From Thermoanaerobaculia bacterium (GTDB lineage Bacteria > Acidobacteriota > Thermoanaerobaculia > UBA5066 > Gp7-AA6), in assembly GCA_036505535.1 (NCBI GenBank), contig DASXTI010000097.1, positions 1 through 63,688 on the forward strand: a stretch of DNA of 63,688 bases, written 5' to 3'. The translations under genes and the position numbers were made by a program. Below, piece by piece: positions 1 through 8,987 of this stretch; within the stretch, counting starts at the first letter, position 1, and each line of letters begins with the position of its first letter. The notes under the pieces were generated by a model that saw only the letters and a list, made by a program, of their open reading frames with translations, ran no database searches and had not been told where the DNA came from.

Positions 1-31
1 TCCCTGGGGCGGCCGCAAGGGCCGCCCCTAC
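1..31 (-). repeat. GTAGGGGCGG-type GC-rich palindromic element at a gene 3' end
   Basis: ggggcggcc (6-14) pairs with ggccgcccc (20-28) as a perfect 9-bp stem with a 5-nt loop, followed by tac. On the minus strand it reads GTAGGGGCGGCC..., 17 nt after the stop of the aminopeptidase gene. Confidence 0.8.
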
Positions 32-47
32 GTCACCGCGTCACCGC

Positions 48-1481
48 TCACGACCCCAAAAAAACTCCCATGAACCGGTAGAAGTTCCAGACGTCGACCT
101 TCGACGACATCTCGAAGGGCGCATGCATCGACAGGAGCGGGACTCCCATGTCGATGACCTCCATTTCCTGCGCCGAGAGGAACTCGCCGATCGTCCCGCC
201 GCCTCCGACCTCGACTCTCGGCGTTTGCGTCTGCCAGGGAATGCCGTTCTTCTCGAGTAAGCCGCGGACCCTCGCCGTGTACTCCGAGTTGGCGTCGAAG
301 CCGCCGCCGTAGCGCTTGATCGTCACCCCGTAGCCGAGGCGCGCCGCGTTCGAGGATTCGCTGGTCTGGGGAAAGATCGGGTTGATGCCGTCGTTGGTGT
401 CGGCGGAGACGACCTCGGCGTTGCGGAGAGCCTGCCGCAGATCGAGGTCCGTATACGCCTTGCCGCGCTGGGCCGCGATAAGGCGCGCGAAGGTGGAATT
501 CAAGAGCTGGCTGCTTGCCCCCGTGTTGTTGACCGAGCCCACCTCCTCGAAATTGGAGAGATACGCCATGGCCGTGTGGCGCGGTGTTCCTTTCAGGTCG
601 AGCACGGCACGCGCCGCGCAGTACGAGGAGAGCCGGTCGTCCTGCCCGAAGGCCCCGACCAAACCCCGGTCTACGCCTACATCCGCGGGACGGGCGGCCG
701 GAACGAGGTGCAGCTCCGCGCTGACGAGGTCTTCCTCCCGGATTCCGTACGTGGAAGTCAGGGTCGAAAGAACCTGGGCGGTCACCGAGGAGGCCTGGCC
801 CGGAACGCTTCCGGCGACCGGATCGAGCTCCTCGCCGGCGAAGACTTTCGTATAGGTGCGCTCACGCAGCTCTTTGTCCGAGTGGGGAGCGTTGTCCGGA
901 ATGACGAAGACGGGGTCGCCTTCCTTGACCCCCATCGCGACGTCCACGCGCTTTCCATCGATGGTGTCGATGCGGCCGATCAACGCGAGCGGGAGATTGG
1001 CCCACTGATATTTCTTGATTCCGCCGTAGTAGATCGTCTTGAAGAGCGTGAAGCCGCTCGCGGCGTAGAGCGGCCGGCCCTTCAGCTCGATGTGCGGGCT
1101 GTCGTGATGCGTGCCGATAACGCGCGAGCCCGAGACGATGGGCTCGGACCCGACGACGACGAGAATGACGGCCCGGTCGTGCGCCGTAATCGCGAGCCGC
1201 GCCCCCGGCTTGACCTGGGCGGCGTCCGTCAACTCCGAAAACCCGGCCGCCTTCGCGAGCCGGTGCACCTCTCGGGTCGACGTCAGCGCGCTCTTGGAGA
1301 CCGCCAGATAGCTCTTGTAGTCCTCCCCGAACCGAAAGACCTCGTCTCTCTGGCCCGGACCGAGCAGCTCCCAGGCCGATTTCTTCGAGTCCCAGACGCT
1401 GCCGGTCTTCGATTCCTCGGCCGCAAGTCTCGAAGCCATCGCTATTCCCAACAGCACGGCCGCGAGCAAACGTGATTTCAT
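48..1481 (-). CDS. M18-family aminopeptidase, secreted
   Basis: 477-aa ORF with signal peptide MKSRLLAAVLLGIAMASRLAA. M18-like motifs VIGTHHDSPHIELK and LLSMHAPFE. Confidence 0.8.
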   Translation of the reverse strand: MKSRLLAAVLLGIAMASRLAAEESKTGSVWDSKKSAWELLGPGQRDEVFRFGEDYKSYLAVSKSALTSTREVHRLAKAAGFSELTDAAQVKPGARLAITAHDRAVILVVVGSEPIVSGSRVIGTHHDSPHIELKGRPLYAASGFTLFKTIYYGGIKKYQWANLPLALIGRIDTIDGKRVDVAMGVKEGDPVFVIPDNAPHSDKELRERTYTKVFAGEELDPVAGSVPGQASSVTAQVLSTLTSTYGIREEDLVSAELHLVPAARPADVGVDRGLVGAFGQDDRLSSYCAARAVLDLKGTPRHTAMAYLSNFEEVGSVNNTGASSQLLNSTFARLIAAQRGKAYTDLDLRQALRNAEVVSADTNDGINPIFPQTSESSNAARLGYGVTIKRYGGGFDANSEYTARVRGLLEKNGIPWQTQTPRVEVGGGGTIGEFLSAQEMEVIDMGVPLLSMHAPFEMSSKVDVWNFYRFMGVFLGS

Positions 1482-1514
1482 CCCGCCCCCCGTCTCCCGA
1501 CTTCTGACTCCTGA

Positions 1515-2894
1515 CTACGAGGTCACCTCGTAGCTCGCGCCCGTCCAGGCGGCCATTCCGCCCACAACGTTGGTCAACCGCCGGAATCCCAGCCGCTCGA
1601 GCACGCTCGTCGCAATCGAGGAGCGATAACCGCCCGCGCAGATCGCCGCGACGGGACGGTATCGATCGAGAGGCGCGGCGGCCTCCGCCAGGGCGTTCAG
1701 CGGCATGTGCACCGCTCTGGCGATGTGGCCCGACTGCCACTCCCCCGGCCGCCGCACGTCCACGAGCTGCAGATCTTTGTCCTCGCCGAGGCGCTCGCGC
1801 AGCTCGTCCACGCCGATCTGCTCGGTGCGTGCCAGAGGCCGCCCGGCCGCATCCCAGGTAAGGATCCCGCGATCGAGATAGCCGGCCACGCTCTCGAGCC
1901 CCACTCGAGCCAGGCGCGTCCGCGCCTCCGCGACCCGGCTCTCATCCTCCGTGACGAGGACGACCGGCGTTTCGGGCGCGATGAGGGTGCCGGCCCAAGA
2001 GGCGAACTGGCCCGAAAGACCGATATGGAGCGAGCCGGCGATGTGGCCGGCTCCGTATTCGGCGGCTGTTCTCGTGTCGAGGAGCCGGGCGCCGCCCCGA
2101 ATTTCCTCCTCGAGCCGCTCGGGTGAGAGAGGAGGAGGGGGCGGAAGGCTGGTCAGGCTCGACGGCCCCTCCCGGTTGATGCGGACATCGCGACCGAAGT
2201 ACGAAGGCGCCTCGGGCAGGTCGGTCGTCATCATCCGAACGAACTCCTCGCGAGGCATCGGACGCAGCGCATAGTTGAATCGTCGCTGCTCGCCGATCGT
2301 CGAGCTCGTCTCACTCGAGATGTTGCGCCCGCAGAGCGAGCCCGCCCCGTGAGCGGGATAGACCCCAACGGAGTCCGGCAGCGACAGGAGCTTGCCGTGC
2401 AGCGAGTCGTAGAGGAGCCCGGCGAGCTCTTGGGCGCTCATGCGCGCGCCGAGCAAGTCCGGCCGCCCCACGTCGCCGATGAAGAGAGTGTCGCCGGTCA
2501 AGACGGCCTGCGGCTCCTTCGACCTCTCGAGGTCGATGACGAGCACCGACACGGATTCGGGAGTGTGTCCCGGCGTTTCCAGGAAACGCAGGATGACTTC
2601 GCCCAACCGAATCTCGTCCCCTTCGGAGACGGGCACGTGGTCGAACGCGGCGCCGGCCTTCGCCCCGAAGTAGATCTTCGCCCCGGTCCTCTCGGCGAGC
2701 TCCCGATGACCCGATACGAAGTCGGCGTGCAGGTGCGTCTCGATTACGTGCTTGATCGTCAGCCCCCGCGCCCGCGCCTCGTCAAGGTACACGTCGACGT
2801 CCCGCCGCGGGTCGACGACCGCCGCCTCTCCTTCCGAGCCGATGAGATAGGACGCCTGCGCCAGGCAGCCGAGATAGAACTGTTTGAAGTACAT
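1515..2894 (-). CDS. MBL-fold persulfide dioxygenase fused to two rhodanese domains (CstB-like)
   Basis: The track ORF is 1515..2984. I moved the start to ATG 2894, which is preceded by GGAGG. MBL motif HLHADFVSGH. Two C-terminal rhodanese-like domains; the last carries the active-site loop CAGGYRS. Confidence 0.8.
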   Translation of the reverse strand: MYFKQFYLGCLAQASYLIGSEGEAAVVDPRRDVDVYLDEARARGLTIKHVIETHLHADFVSGHRELAERTGAKIYFGAKAGAAFDHVPVSEGDEIRLGEVILRFLETPGHTPESVSVLVIDLERSKEPQAVLTGDTLFIGDVGRPDLLGARMSAQELAGLLYDSLHGKLLSLPDSVGVYPAHGAGSLCGRNISSETSSTIGEQRRFNYALRPMPREEFVRMMTTDLPEAPSYFGRDVRINREGPSSLTSLPPPPPLSPERLEEEIRGGARLLDTRTAAEYGAGHIAGSLHIGLSGQFASWAGTLIAPETPVVLVTEDESRVAEARTRLARVGLESVAGYLDRGILTWDAAGRPLARTEQIGVDELRERLGEDKDLQLVDVRRPGEWQSGHIARAVHMPLNALAEAAAPLDRYRPVAAICAGGYRSSIATSVLERLGFRRLTNVVGGMAAWTGASYEVTS

Positions 2895-2980
2895 GGGAGC
2901 CTCCGCGATCTCAGAGGATGGCATTCTAATGGCGCGCCTCTGGGCGAGCCGAGTCATCCGCGCCCGACCGACACCGCAGC

Positions 2981-3967
2981 TCAAAATGTGTCGTCCTGGA
3001 GGGCGAGCTTCTCCCGGAGGAACTGCTCGGCGCTCGTCGGCGTCACCCCGAAGAGCCGCGCCGTCTCGGCGATCGAGAAGGGGCTGTCTGCGACGGCTAC
3101 CAGCCAGCTCATCGCCATCAGATTCGCCGCGGCCGGCGAGAAGGGGTCGAGCAGCGCCGACACCACGCGGTAGACGCCGGCCGGCGTGTGGACCGCTCGG
3201 ATTCTCCGGCCGAGCACTTTCTCGAAGATCACGACCACCTCGTTCCAGGAAAGGACCTCGGGGCCGCCGATGTCGTAGATCGCGCTTCCGGCCTCGTCGC
3301 GGTCGGCGGCCTTCGCGAGAAACGCAGCGACGTCTCCGAGAGCCACAAAGGCGTGCCGCGTCATTCCCCGGCCGGGCACGAGCGCCAGCCCGCGCCTCTC
3401 GATGGAGTGGCCGACCAGGCTCATGAAGGCGGTAGAAAACCAGAAGGGACGGCGGAGCGTGTGGGCCTCCGCTCCCCGGAGAGGAATGGAGCTTCCCATG
3501 AGCGCGAACCAGTCGTCCATAAACAGTGACCCGCGGAAGATCGTCGATGGGATCCCGCTGCGTTGGAGCTCCCGCTCGATCTCCCGTTTGACGCGAAAGG
3601 TCGTCACCTCGGTTTCGTGGGGCATGACGGGAACCGACATGAACACGAAGCGCTTGACATCGCTGCCGCGGCTGGCGTCGATCAGCTGCCGATATCCGAG
3701 TCTCTCGGTCTCTTCGAAGCTCGCGGAGCCCCGCGGCACGACGGCGTTGGCGGTCGCGATGACGGTCTCGACTCCCCGGCAGGCCGCCTCGACGCTTCCC
3801 GCGTCGCGGAGATCGCCGAAGGCCAGCTCCGCGCCAATCGCGTCGATCGCCCCGCGCGGCGAAGTGGGCCGGACGAACGCCCGCACCGCGCGTCCTGACT
3901 TCGCGAGGCGCTGCAGCACCGCCGTTCCAAGTTGACCCGTGGCTCCGACGACGAGGATCTTGCCCAC
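2981..3967 (-). CDS. NmrA-like / atypical SDR NAD(P)-binding protein
   Basis: N-terminal Rossmann motif MGKILVVGATGQLGTAV; 328 aa. Confidence 0.75.
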   Translation of the reverse strand: MGKILVVGATGQLGTAVLQRLAKSGRAVRAFVRPTSPRGAIDAIGAELAFGDLRDAGSVEAACRGVETVIATANAVVPRGSASFEETERLGYRQLIDASRGSDVKRFVFMSVPVMPHETEVTTFRVKREIERELQRSGIPSTIFRGSLFMDDWFALMGSSIPLRGAEAHTLRRPFWFSTAFMSLVGHSIERRGLALVPGRGMTRHAFVALGDVAAFLAKAADRDEAGSAIYDIGGPEVLSWNEVVVIFEKVLGRRIRAVHTPAGVYRVVSALLDPFSPAAANLMAMSWLVAVADSPFSIAETARLFGVTPTSAEQFLREKLALQDDTF

Positions 3968-3971
3968 GGGA

Positions 3972-4439
3972 CTAGTCCACGATCTCTACGGAGAAGTTTG
4001 GTGTCAAGCGCAAAGAGAGCTGCACGATCCGGCACGGCCAGTTCTCGCGCTCGATCCGCGCCGCGACGCGTTTCCATATCCAGACGGCGAGGTTCTCCGC
4101 GGTGGGAACGGTACCCACGAGCTCGGGAACGTCGCGATTCAAGCTCTTGTGATCGAGCGGTCGGTCGATTTCTTCCTTGAGCACGCGGTCGAGATCCGTG
4201 AGGTTGACGACCATGCCGGTCTCGGGATTCGTCCTCCCCTCCACGGAAACCTCCAGCTCGTAGTTGTGCCCATAGCCATGCGGACCTTCGTGGCCGTAGA
4301 TGGCGCGATTCTTCTCCGCCGTCCAATCCGGACGCCAGAGGCTACGCCCCGCATTGAAGTGGATCGTCCGAGAGAGTCGCATCACGCGGTGCCACGATCT
4401 TATCGAGATTCCATGACCCGTCGAGAACGGCGCCTGCAT
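3972..4439 (-). CDS. 6-pyruvoyl-tetrahydropterin synthase / QueD family protein
   Basis: Family motif GPHGYGHNYELEVSVEG. An alternative start is ATG 4382 (MRLSRTIHFNA...). Confidence 0.7.
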   Translation of the reverse strand: MQAPFSTGHGISIRSWHRVMRLSRTIHFNAGRSLWRPDWTAEKNRAIYGHEGPHGYGHNYELEVSVEGRTNPETGMVVNLTDLDRVLKEEIDRPLDHKSLNRDVPELVGTVPTAENLAVWIWKRVAARIERENWPCRIVQLSLRLTPNFSVEIVD

Positions 4440-4474
4440 TAGAATCCCGGGGCACTCAAGAACGGGGACGCATC

Positions 4475-5896
4475 ATGAATCTCTACTCGACATCGAACGA
4501 GCTCGAGGAAGCGCTCGCCTCCTCCGGAACCGTGCGCCGGGACGGCGCCGTCGTGGTGACCGACGCCGCGCTTTTCCGGGCCGATACGATCGATTCGCTC
4601 GTCTGGACCGCCGTCTTCGCACCCGGAGAGGCGCGCGAGACCGCGCGGGTTGCCATCCGCGAAGCCGCCGAATCCCTCGGCATCCTTCCGGCGTCGATCC
4701 TTCCGCTCTACCAGGCGCGAGGCCGCGGCGAAGTCTCCGGCTTCACGGTTCCCGCGATCAACGTGCGAATGATGTCCTACGACACGGCGCGCGCCGCCTG
4801 CTGCGCCGCAAAGGCGCTCGATGCCGGCGCCTTGATCTTCGAGATCGCGCGCAGCGAGATCGGCTATACGGAGCAGCGTCCTGCCGAGTACGCGGCGGTC
4901 ATGCTGGCGGCGGCGATTCGGGAAGGATGGGAAGGTCCCTTCTTCCTGCAGGGGGACCATTACCAGACAAACCCCAAGAAGATGAAGGAGAACGCCGAAA
5001 AGGAGATCGCCGCGATCGAGGCCTTGATCGACGAGGCGATCCCCGCGGGTTTCCTCCAGATCGACATCGACACCTCGACGCTCGTCGACCTCTCGAAGCC
5101 CACACTCGAGGAACAGCAGAAGGTCAACGCGGAGCTCTGCGCGCGGTTCACGAAGTTCATCCGCCGCCGCGAGCCGGAGGAGATGCCGATCTCCGTGGGG
5201 GGCGAGATCGGCGAGGTCGGCAAGGACAACTCCACACCGGAGGAGTTCCGCGCCTACATGGAGGTTTACAAGAAGGCCCTCGGCGCCGAGGCCGGCATCG
5301 CCAAAGTCTCCATCCAGACGGGCTCCTCCCACGGCGGCGTCGTCGGGCCGGACGGCTCCGTCGAGCGGGTCGCGATCGACTTCAACGTCATCAAGACGAT
5401 CTCGAAGGTCGCGCGCGAGGAGTACGGACTCGCCGGCGCGGTTCAGCACGGCGCCTCGACGCTGCCGCCCGAGTATTTCGGCCATTTCCCGGACCACGAC
5501 TGCGCCGAGATTCATCTGGCGACCGACTTCATGAACACGATCTACGATCACCCCGCTTTTCCCCTCCCCTTGAAGCGGGAGATCGAGCGATGGCTCGACG
5601 AGAACGCCGCCGGCGAGCGCAAGAAGGGGGAGACCCAACCGCAGTTCCTCTACAAGACGCGTAAGAAGGCGATCGGCCCTTACAAGGAACGCGTCTGGAA
5701 TCTCCCGGAGGGCACGCGGGGCGCGATTCGCGAGACCCTCGAGCAGAAGTTTCGCTTCCTCTTTCAGAAACTGCGGGCCGCTGGCACGCGGGACCTCGTT
5801 CATAGGTACGTCAGGCCCGCGTCGGTCCTCTCCGCCGCAGCGGTCACCGGCGGCCCTCGCGCCGGTTACGTGCGTGACGACCAGGCCGGGGACTGA
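4475..5896 (+). CDS. class II (ketose-bisphosphate) aldolase family protein
   Basis: 473-aa ORF with aldolase class II-like segments FFLQGDHYQ, SIQTGSSHGG and AVQHGASTLP. Confidence 0.65.
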   Translation: MNLYSTSNELEEALASSGTVRRDGAVVVTDAALFRADTIDSLVWTAVFAPGEARETARVAIREAAESLGILPASILPLYQARGRGEVSGFTVPAINVRMMSYDTARAACCAAKALDAGALIFEIARSEIGYTEQRPAEYAAVMLAAAIREGWEGPFFLQGDHYQTNPKKMKENAEKEIAAIEALIDEAIPAGFLQIDIDTSTLVDLSKPTLEEQQKVNAELCARFTKFIRRREPEEMPISVGGEIGEVGKDNSTPEEFRAYMEVYKKALGAEAGIAKVSIQTGSSHGGVVGPDGSVERVAIDFNVIKTISKVAREEYGLAGAVQHGASTLPPEYFGHFPDHDCAEIHLATDFMNTIYDHPAFPLPLKREIERWLDENAAGERKKGETQPQFLYKTRKKAIGPYKERVWNLPEGTRGAIRETLEQKFRFLFQKLRAAGTRDLVHRYVRPASVLSAAAVTGGPRAGYVRDDQAGD

Positions 5897-5903
5897 CGCC
5901 GTT

Positions 5904-5989
5904 GGGCGGTAAGCGAAAGACGGTAGACGGTAGACGAAGGTCTGTCGCGCCTTCTCGTCTCCCGTCTTCCGTCTCCCGTCTTCCGTCCC
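5904..5989. repeat. heptamer-array hairpin H1 (GACGGTA / TCTTCCG units)
   Basis: Left arm 5904-5940 gggcggtaagcgaaagacggtagacggtagacgaagg. Right arm 5950-5989 ccttctcgtctcccgtcttccgtctcccgtcttccgtccc. Period 7. It fills the aldolase-tdh spacer and ends 2 nt before the tdh ATG. Confidence 0.9.
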
Positions 5990-5991
5990 GC

Positions 5992-7077
5992 ATGACCGCC
6001 GTCGTGAAGACGAAGCCGGCGCCGGGGCCTGAAGCGACCGAAGTGAAGAGCGTGCCGGTCCCCAGCCCGGGACAAGCCGAAGTCTTGATTCGGGTCCTGG
6101 CGACGGCCGTCTGCGGATCCGACAAGCACATCTATCAGTGGGACCCGTCGATGGCCGGCATGTTCGAGCCGCCGCGGATCTACGGACACGAGTTCTGCGG
6201 GGAAATCGTCGCATTCGGCCCGGGCGGCAAGCGTCCGCATCTGGAAGAAGGACAGTACGTCTCGGCGGAGATGCACGTGACCTGCGGCGCGTGCCGCCCC
6301 TGCCTCACGGGACGGCGCCACATCTGCGAGAACACGCGCATCCTCGGGGTCCACGGCGACGGCTGTTTCGCCCAGTACGTCGTCGTGCCGGCCTTCAACG
6401 TCGTGCCGCTCGATCGGGCGATGATCCCCCCGCGCGTCGGAGCATTTCTCGACGCGCTCGGCAACGCCGTCCACACCACGCAGGTCGCGGATCTCTCGGG
6501 CAAGTCCGTTGCCGTCCTCGGCTACGGGCCGATCGGCGCGATGTGCGCGGAGATCGCGCGCATCTCCGGCGCGGCTCGGATCGCGATCACCGAGGTCAAC
6601 TCGTACGCGGCGGCGCACGCGCGGCGCTGGGCAGGATCGCGCGGCCTTGCCCACGTTTCCGTGATCGAGCTGCCGCGCACGAAGGATCACGTTGCAAGCC
6701 TGCGAGAGGCGACCGGAGGCGGCGCCGACGTCGTCCTGGAGCTCTCGGGTGCCGAGAGCTCCATCAATTTGGGCCTGGCCGCGTCGCGCCGCGGGGCGAC
6801 CCTTTCTCTGCTGGGACTACCGCGCGAAAAGGCGGTCACGATCCGCGACTACACCAACGACCTCGTCTTCAAAGGGCTGACTCTCCATGCGATCATCGGA
6901 CGGCGTATCTTCGACTCATGGATAAAGATGATCGATCTCCTTCGCGCCGGGCTCGACGTCGAGGATCTCGTCACCAACGAGTTCGATGGTCTCGAAGACT
7001 TCCACGAAGCCATGAAGCTGCTCGACGACCGGCGAGCGATGAAGGTCGTGTTTTATCCGAATGGGAGACCGAAGTGA
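5992..7077 (+). CDS. tdh: L-threonine 3-dehydrogenase
   Basis: Zn-dependent ADH fold (ATAVCGSDKHIYQWD, GHEFCGEIV). Start moved to ATG 5992 (MTAVVKTKP). Lies in the same cluster as kbl. Confidence 0.85.
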   Translation: MTAVVKTKPAPGPEATEVKSVPVPSPGQAEVLIRVLATAVCGSDKHIYQWDPSMAGMFEPPRIYGHEFCGEIVAFGPGGKRPHLEEGQYVSAEMHVTCGACRPCLTGRRHICENTRILGVHGDGCFAQYVVVPAFNVVPLDRAMIPPRVGAFLDALGNAVHTTQVADLSGKSVAVLGYGPIGAMCAEIARISGAARIAITEVNSYAAAHARRWAGSRGLAHVSVIELPRTKDHVASLREATGGGADVVLELSGAESSINLGLAASRRGATLSLLGLPREKAVTIRDYTNDLVFKGLTLHAIIGRRIFDSWIKMIDLLRAGLDVEDLVTNEFDGLEDFHEAMKLLDDRRAMKVVFYPNGRPK

Positions 7078-7146
7078 TTTTAGATTTTAGATTTTAGATT
7101 TGGCTGCGCCGTAGGCCTTAGTAATCCAAAATCCAAAATCTAAAAT
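7077..7146. repeat. heptamer-array hairpin H2 (TTTAGAT / AATCCAA units)
   Basis: Left arm 7077-7103 attttagattttagattttagatttgg. Right arm 7123-7146 aatccaaaatccaaaatctaaaat. The tdh TGA stop is immediately upstream of, and partly within, the first unit. Confidence 0.9.
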
Positions 7147-7155
7147 GGAGCATTC

Positions 7156-7629
7156 ATGCCGACCAACAGACCGCCGAAGCCCGACGCGACGCAGGGCGAG
7201 CTGACCGAGCGGCGCATCGCCGAGTTCGCGCTCGAGGAGTCGCGCCTTTCCAACGTCGCCTACCGGTTCCAACTGATGCCGCGCGAGCGCGTCTGGAAGA
7301 ACTGGGATCGCACGGAGTTTGAGCCGAACGGCTACCGGATCCTCGGTGTTGCGGGGGTCTGCCTTCGCCGCGACGAGGTCGAACGGGCGCATCGCGGGGT
7401 GTCGCGCGCGCTCGAAGACCTCGACGACGTCCTATTCATCGTCGGGGAGCCGGCCGAGGCGATCGTGGTTCGCGGAGAGACCGGTACTTCCGAGATCGTG
7501 CGCCGCCCGACCGTTTGCGCCGAGATCATGGCCAAGAGCGCCGCCGCGTTCGATCGGGCCGTGGAGGCTCTCGCGGCCGCCTTCCCCGGCGATCGCGTCG
7601 CCGGGAGAATCCTTTCGGAGGAGAAGTAG
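7156..7629 (+). CDS. hypothetical protein between tdh and kbl
   Basis: 157-aa ORF; GGAG 6 nt upstream of the ATG. I recognise no family. Confidence 0.55.
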   Translation: MPTNRPPKPDATQGELTERRIAEFALEESRLSNVAYRFQLMPRERVWKNWDRTEFEPNGYRILGVAGVCLRRDEVERAHRGVSRALEDLDDVLFIVGEPAEAIVVRGETGTSEIVRRPTVCAEIMAKSAAAFDRAVEALAAAFPGDRVAGRILSEEK

Positions 7630-7675
7630 GGGCGGGGCTCGTCCCCGCCCGCGGGTCGCCTGGGGGCCGCCCTAC
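7626..7675 (+). repeat. GTAGGGGCGG...CCGCCCTAC palindromic element
   Basis: gtaggggcgg (7626-7635) pairs with gccgccctac (7666-7675). Inner hairpin ggggcgggg-ctcgt-ccccgccc. The TAG inside the element is the stop codon of the 7156..7629 gene. Confidence 0.85.
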
Positions 7676-7693
7676 GGAACGGAGTCAGACACC

Positions 7694-8872
7694 ATGAACC
7701 TCGCCGAGCACCTCGCCGGCCAGATGGCCGAGCTCAAGAGGGCGGGCACTTACAAGGAAGAGCTGGTGCTCCAGTCTGCCCAGGGCCCGCGGGTTCGAGT
7801 CGGCGGCCGCGAGGTCGTCATGCTGACCTCGAATAACTACCTCGGCTTCGCCAACCACCCGCGGATCCGCGAGGCCCAAAGGAAGGCGATCGAGCGCTGG
7901 GGCGCAGGATTGGGCTCCGTGCGTTTCATCTGCGGCACGCAGGAGCTCCACAAGGAGCTGGAGGCCGAGATCGCCTCCTTCTTCGGCACCGACGACGCGA
8001 TCCTCTACATGACCTGCTGGTCGGCCAACGAAGGCCTCTTCGCCGCGGTGTTGGACGAGCCCGACGGACTCTACTCCGACGAGCTCAATCACGCTTCGAT
8101 CATCGACGGCGCGCGGCTCTGCAAGGCGAGGCGCTTCCGCGTGCCGCACAACGACACGAAGTCCTTCGAAAAGATGGTCGAGGAGGATGCGACCTCACGC
8201 TTCCGTCTCATGATCACCGACGGCGTGTTTTCGATGGAAGGAGAAGAGGCGAACCTGCCGGAGCTCGTTCGCATCAGCGAGAAGTATGGGGTCGTGCTGG
8301 CCGTCGACGATTCTCACGCCACCGGAGTGCTCGGCAAGACGGGCCGCGGTACGGCGGAAGAACAGGGCGTCTTCGACCGGATCCCCCTCACGACCGGAAC
8401 GCTCGGGAAGGCGATGGGCTCGGCGGCGGGGGGCTTCGTGACGGGGCCGAAGGCGCTGGTGGAGGCGCTGCGGCAACGAAGCCGCACGTACCTCTTCTCC
8501 AACTCGCTTCCTCCCGCCGTCGCCGCCGGCTCGCTCGAGGCATTCCGCATGCTCCGGGAAGACCCCGCTCCCGTCGCAAAGCTTCGCGACAACGCGGCAT
8601 ACTTCCGGAAGGCCATCTCCGATGCCGGCTTCCGGATCCCCCACGGCACGCATCCGATCGTCCCCGTCATCGTCGGGGACACGGCGAAGGCGCTCGCAAT
8701 AGGGAAAGCCCTCTTCGAGGAGGGCGTCTACGTCTCGGGCTTCGGGTTCCCGGTCGTCCCGCAGGGTCAGGCGCGGCTGCGCTGCCAGGTCTCGGCCGCA
8801 CACGAGCGGGGCGACCTGGACGAGGCAGTGGAAGCCTTTACGAGGGTCGGGCGGCGCTTCGGGGTGATCTAG
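7694..8872 (+). CDS. kbl: glycine C-acetyltransferase (2-amino-3-ketobutyrate CoA ligase)
   Basis: Start at ATG 7694 (MNLAEHLAGQMAELKRAGTYKEE). PLP-transferase family motifs DDSHATG and TLGKA. Partner of tdh. Confidence 0.9.
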   Translation: MNLAEHLAGQMAELKRAGTYKEELVLQSAQGPRVRVGGREVVMLTSNNYLGFANHPRIREAQRKAIERWGAGLGSVRFICGTQELHKELEAEIASFFGTDDAILYMTCWSANEGLFAAVLDEPDGLYSDELNHASIIDGARLCKARRFRVPHNDTKSFEKMVEEDATSRFRLMITDGVFSMEGEEANLPELVRISEKYGVVLAVDDSHATGVLGKTGRGTAEEQGVFDRIPLTTGTLGKAMGSAAGGFVTGPKALVEALRQRSRTYLFSNSLPPAVAAGSLEAFRMLREDPAPVAKLRDNAAYFRKAISDAGFRIPHGTHPIVPVIVGDTAKALAIGKALFEEGVYVSGFGFPVVPQGQARLRCQVSAAHERGDLDEAVEAFTRVGRRFGVI

Positions 8873-8874
8873 AA

Positions 8875-8986
8875 GAATTGCCGATTGGCGATTGGCGATT
8901 GGCGATTGGCGATTGGCGATTGGCGATTGGCGATTGGGATGGCTAAGTCTTCAATCGGCAATCTTCAATCGGCAATCGGCAATTTT
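8875..8986. repeat. heptamer-array hairpin H3 (GATTGGC / CGGCAAT units)
   Basis: Left arm 8875-8938 has about 9 units, 7 of them perfect GATTGGC. Right arm 8948-8986 tcttcaatcggcaatcttcaatcggcaatcggcaatttt. Lies between convergent kbl and the OPT gene. Confidence 0.95.
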
Positions 8987-8987
8987 C

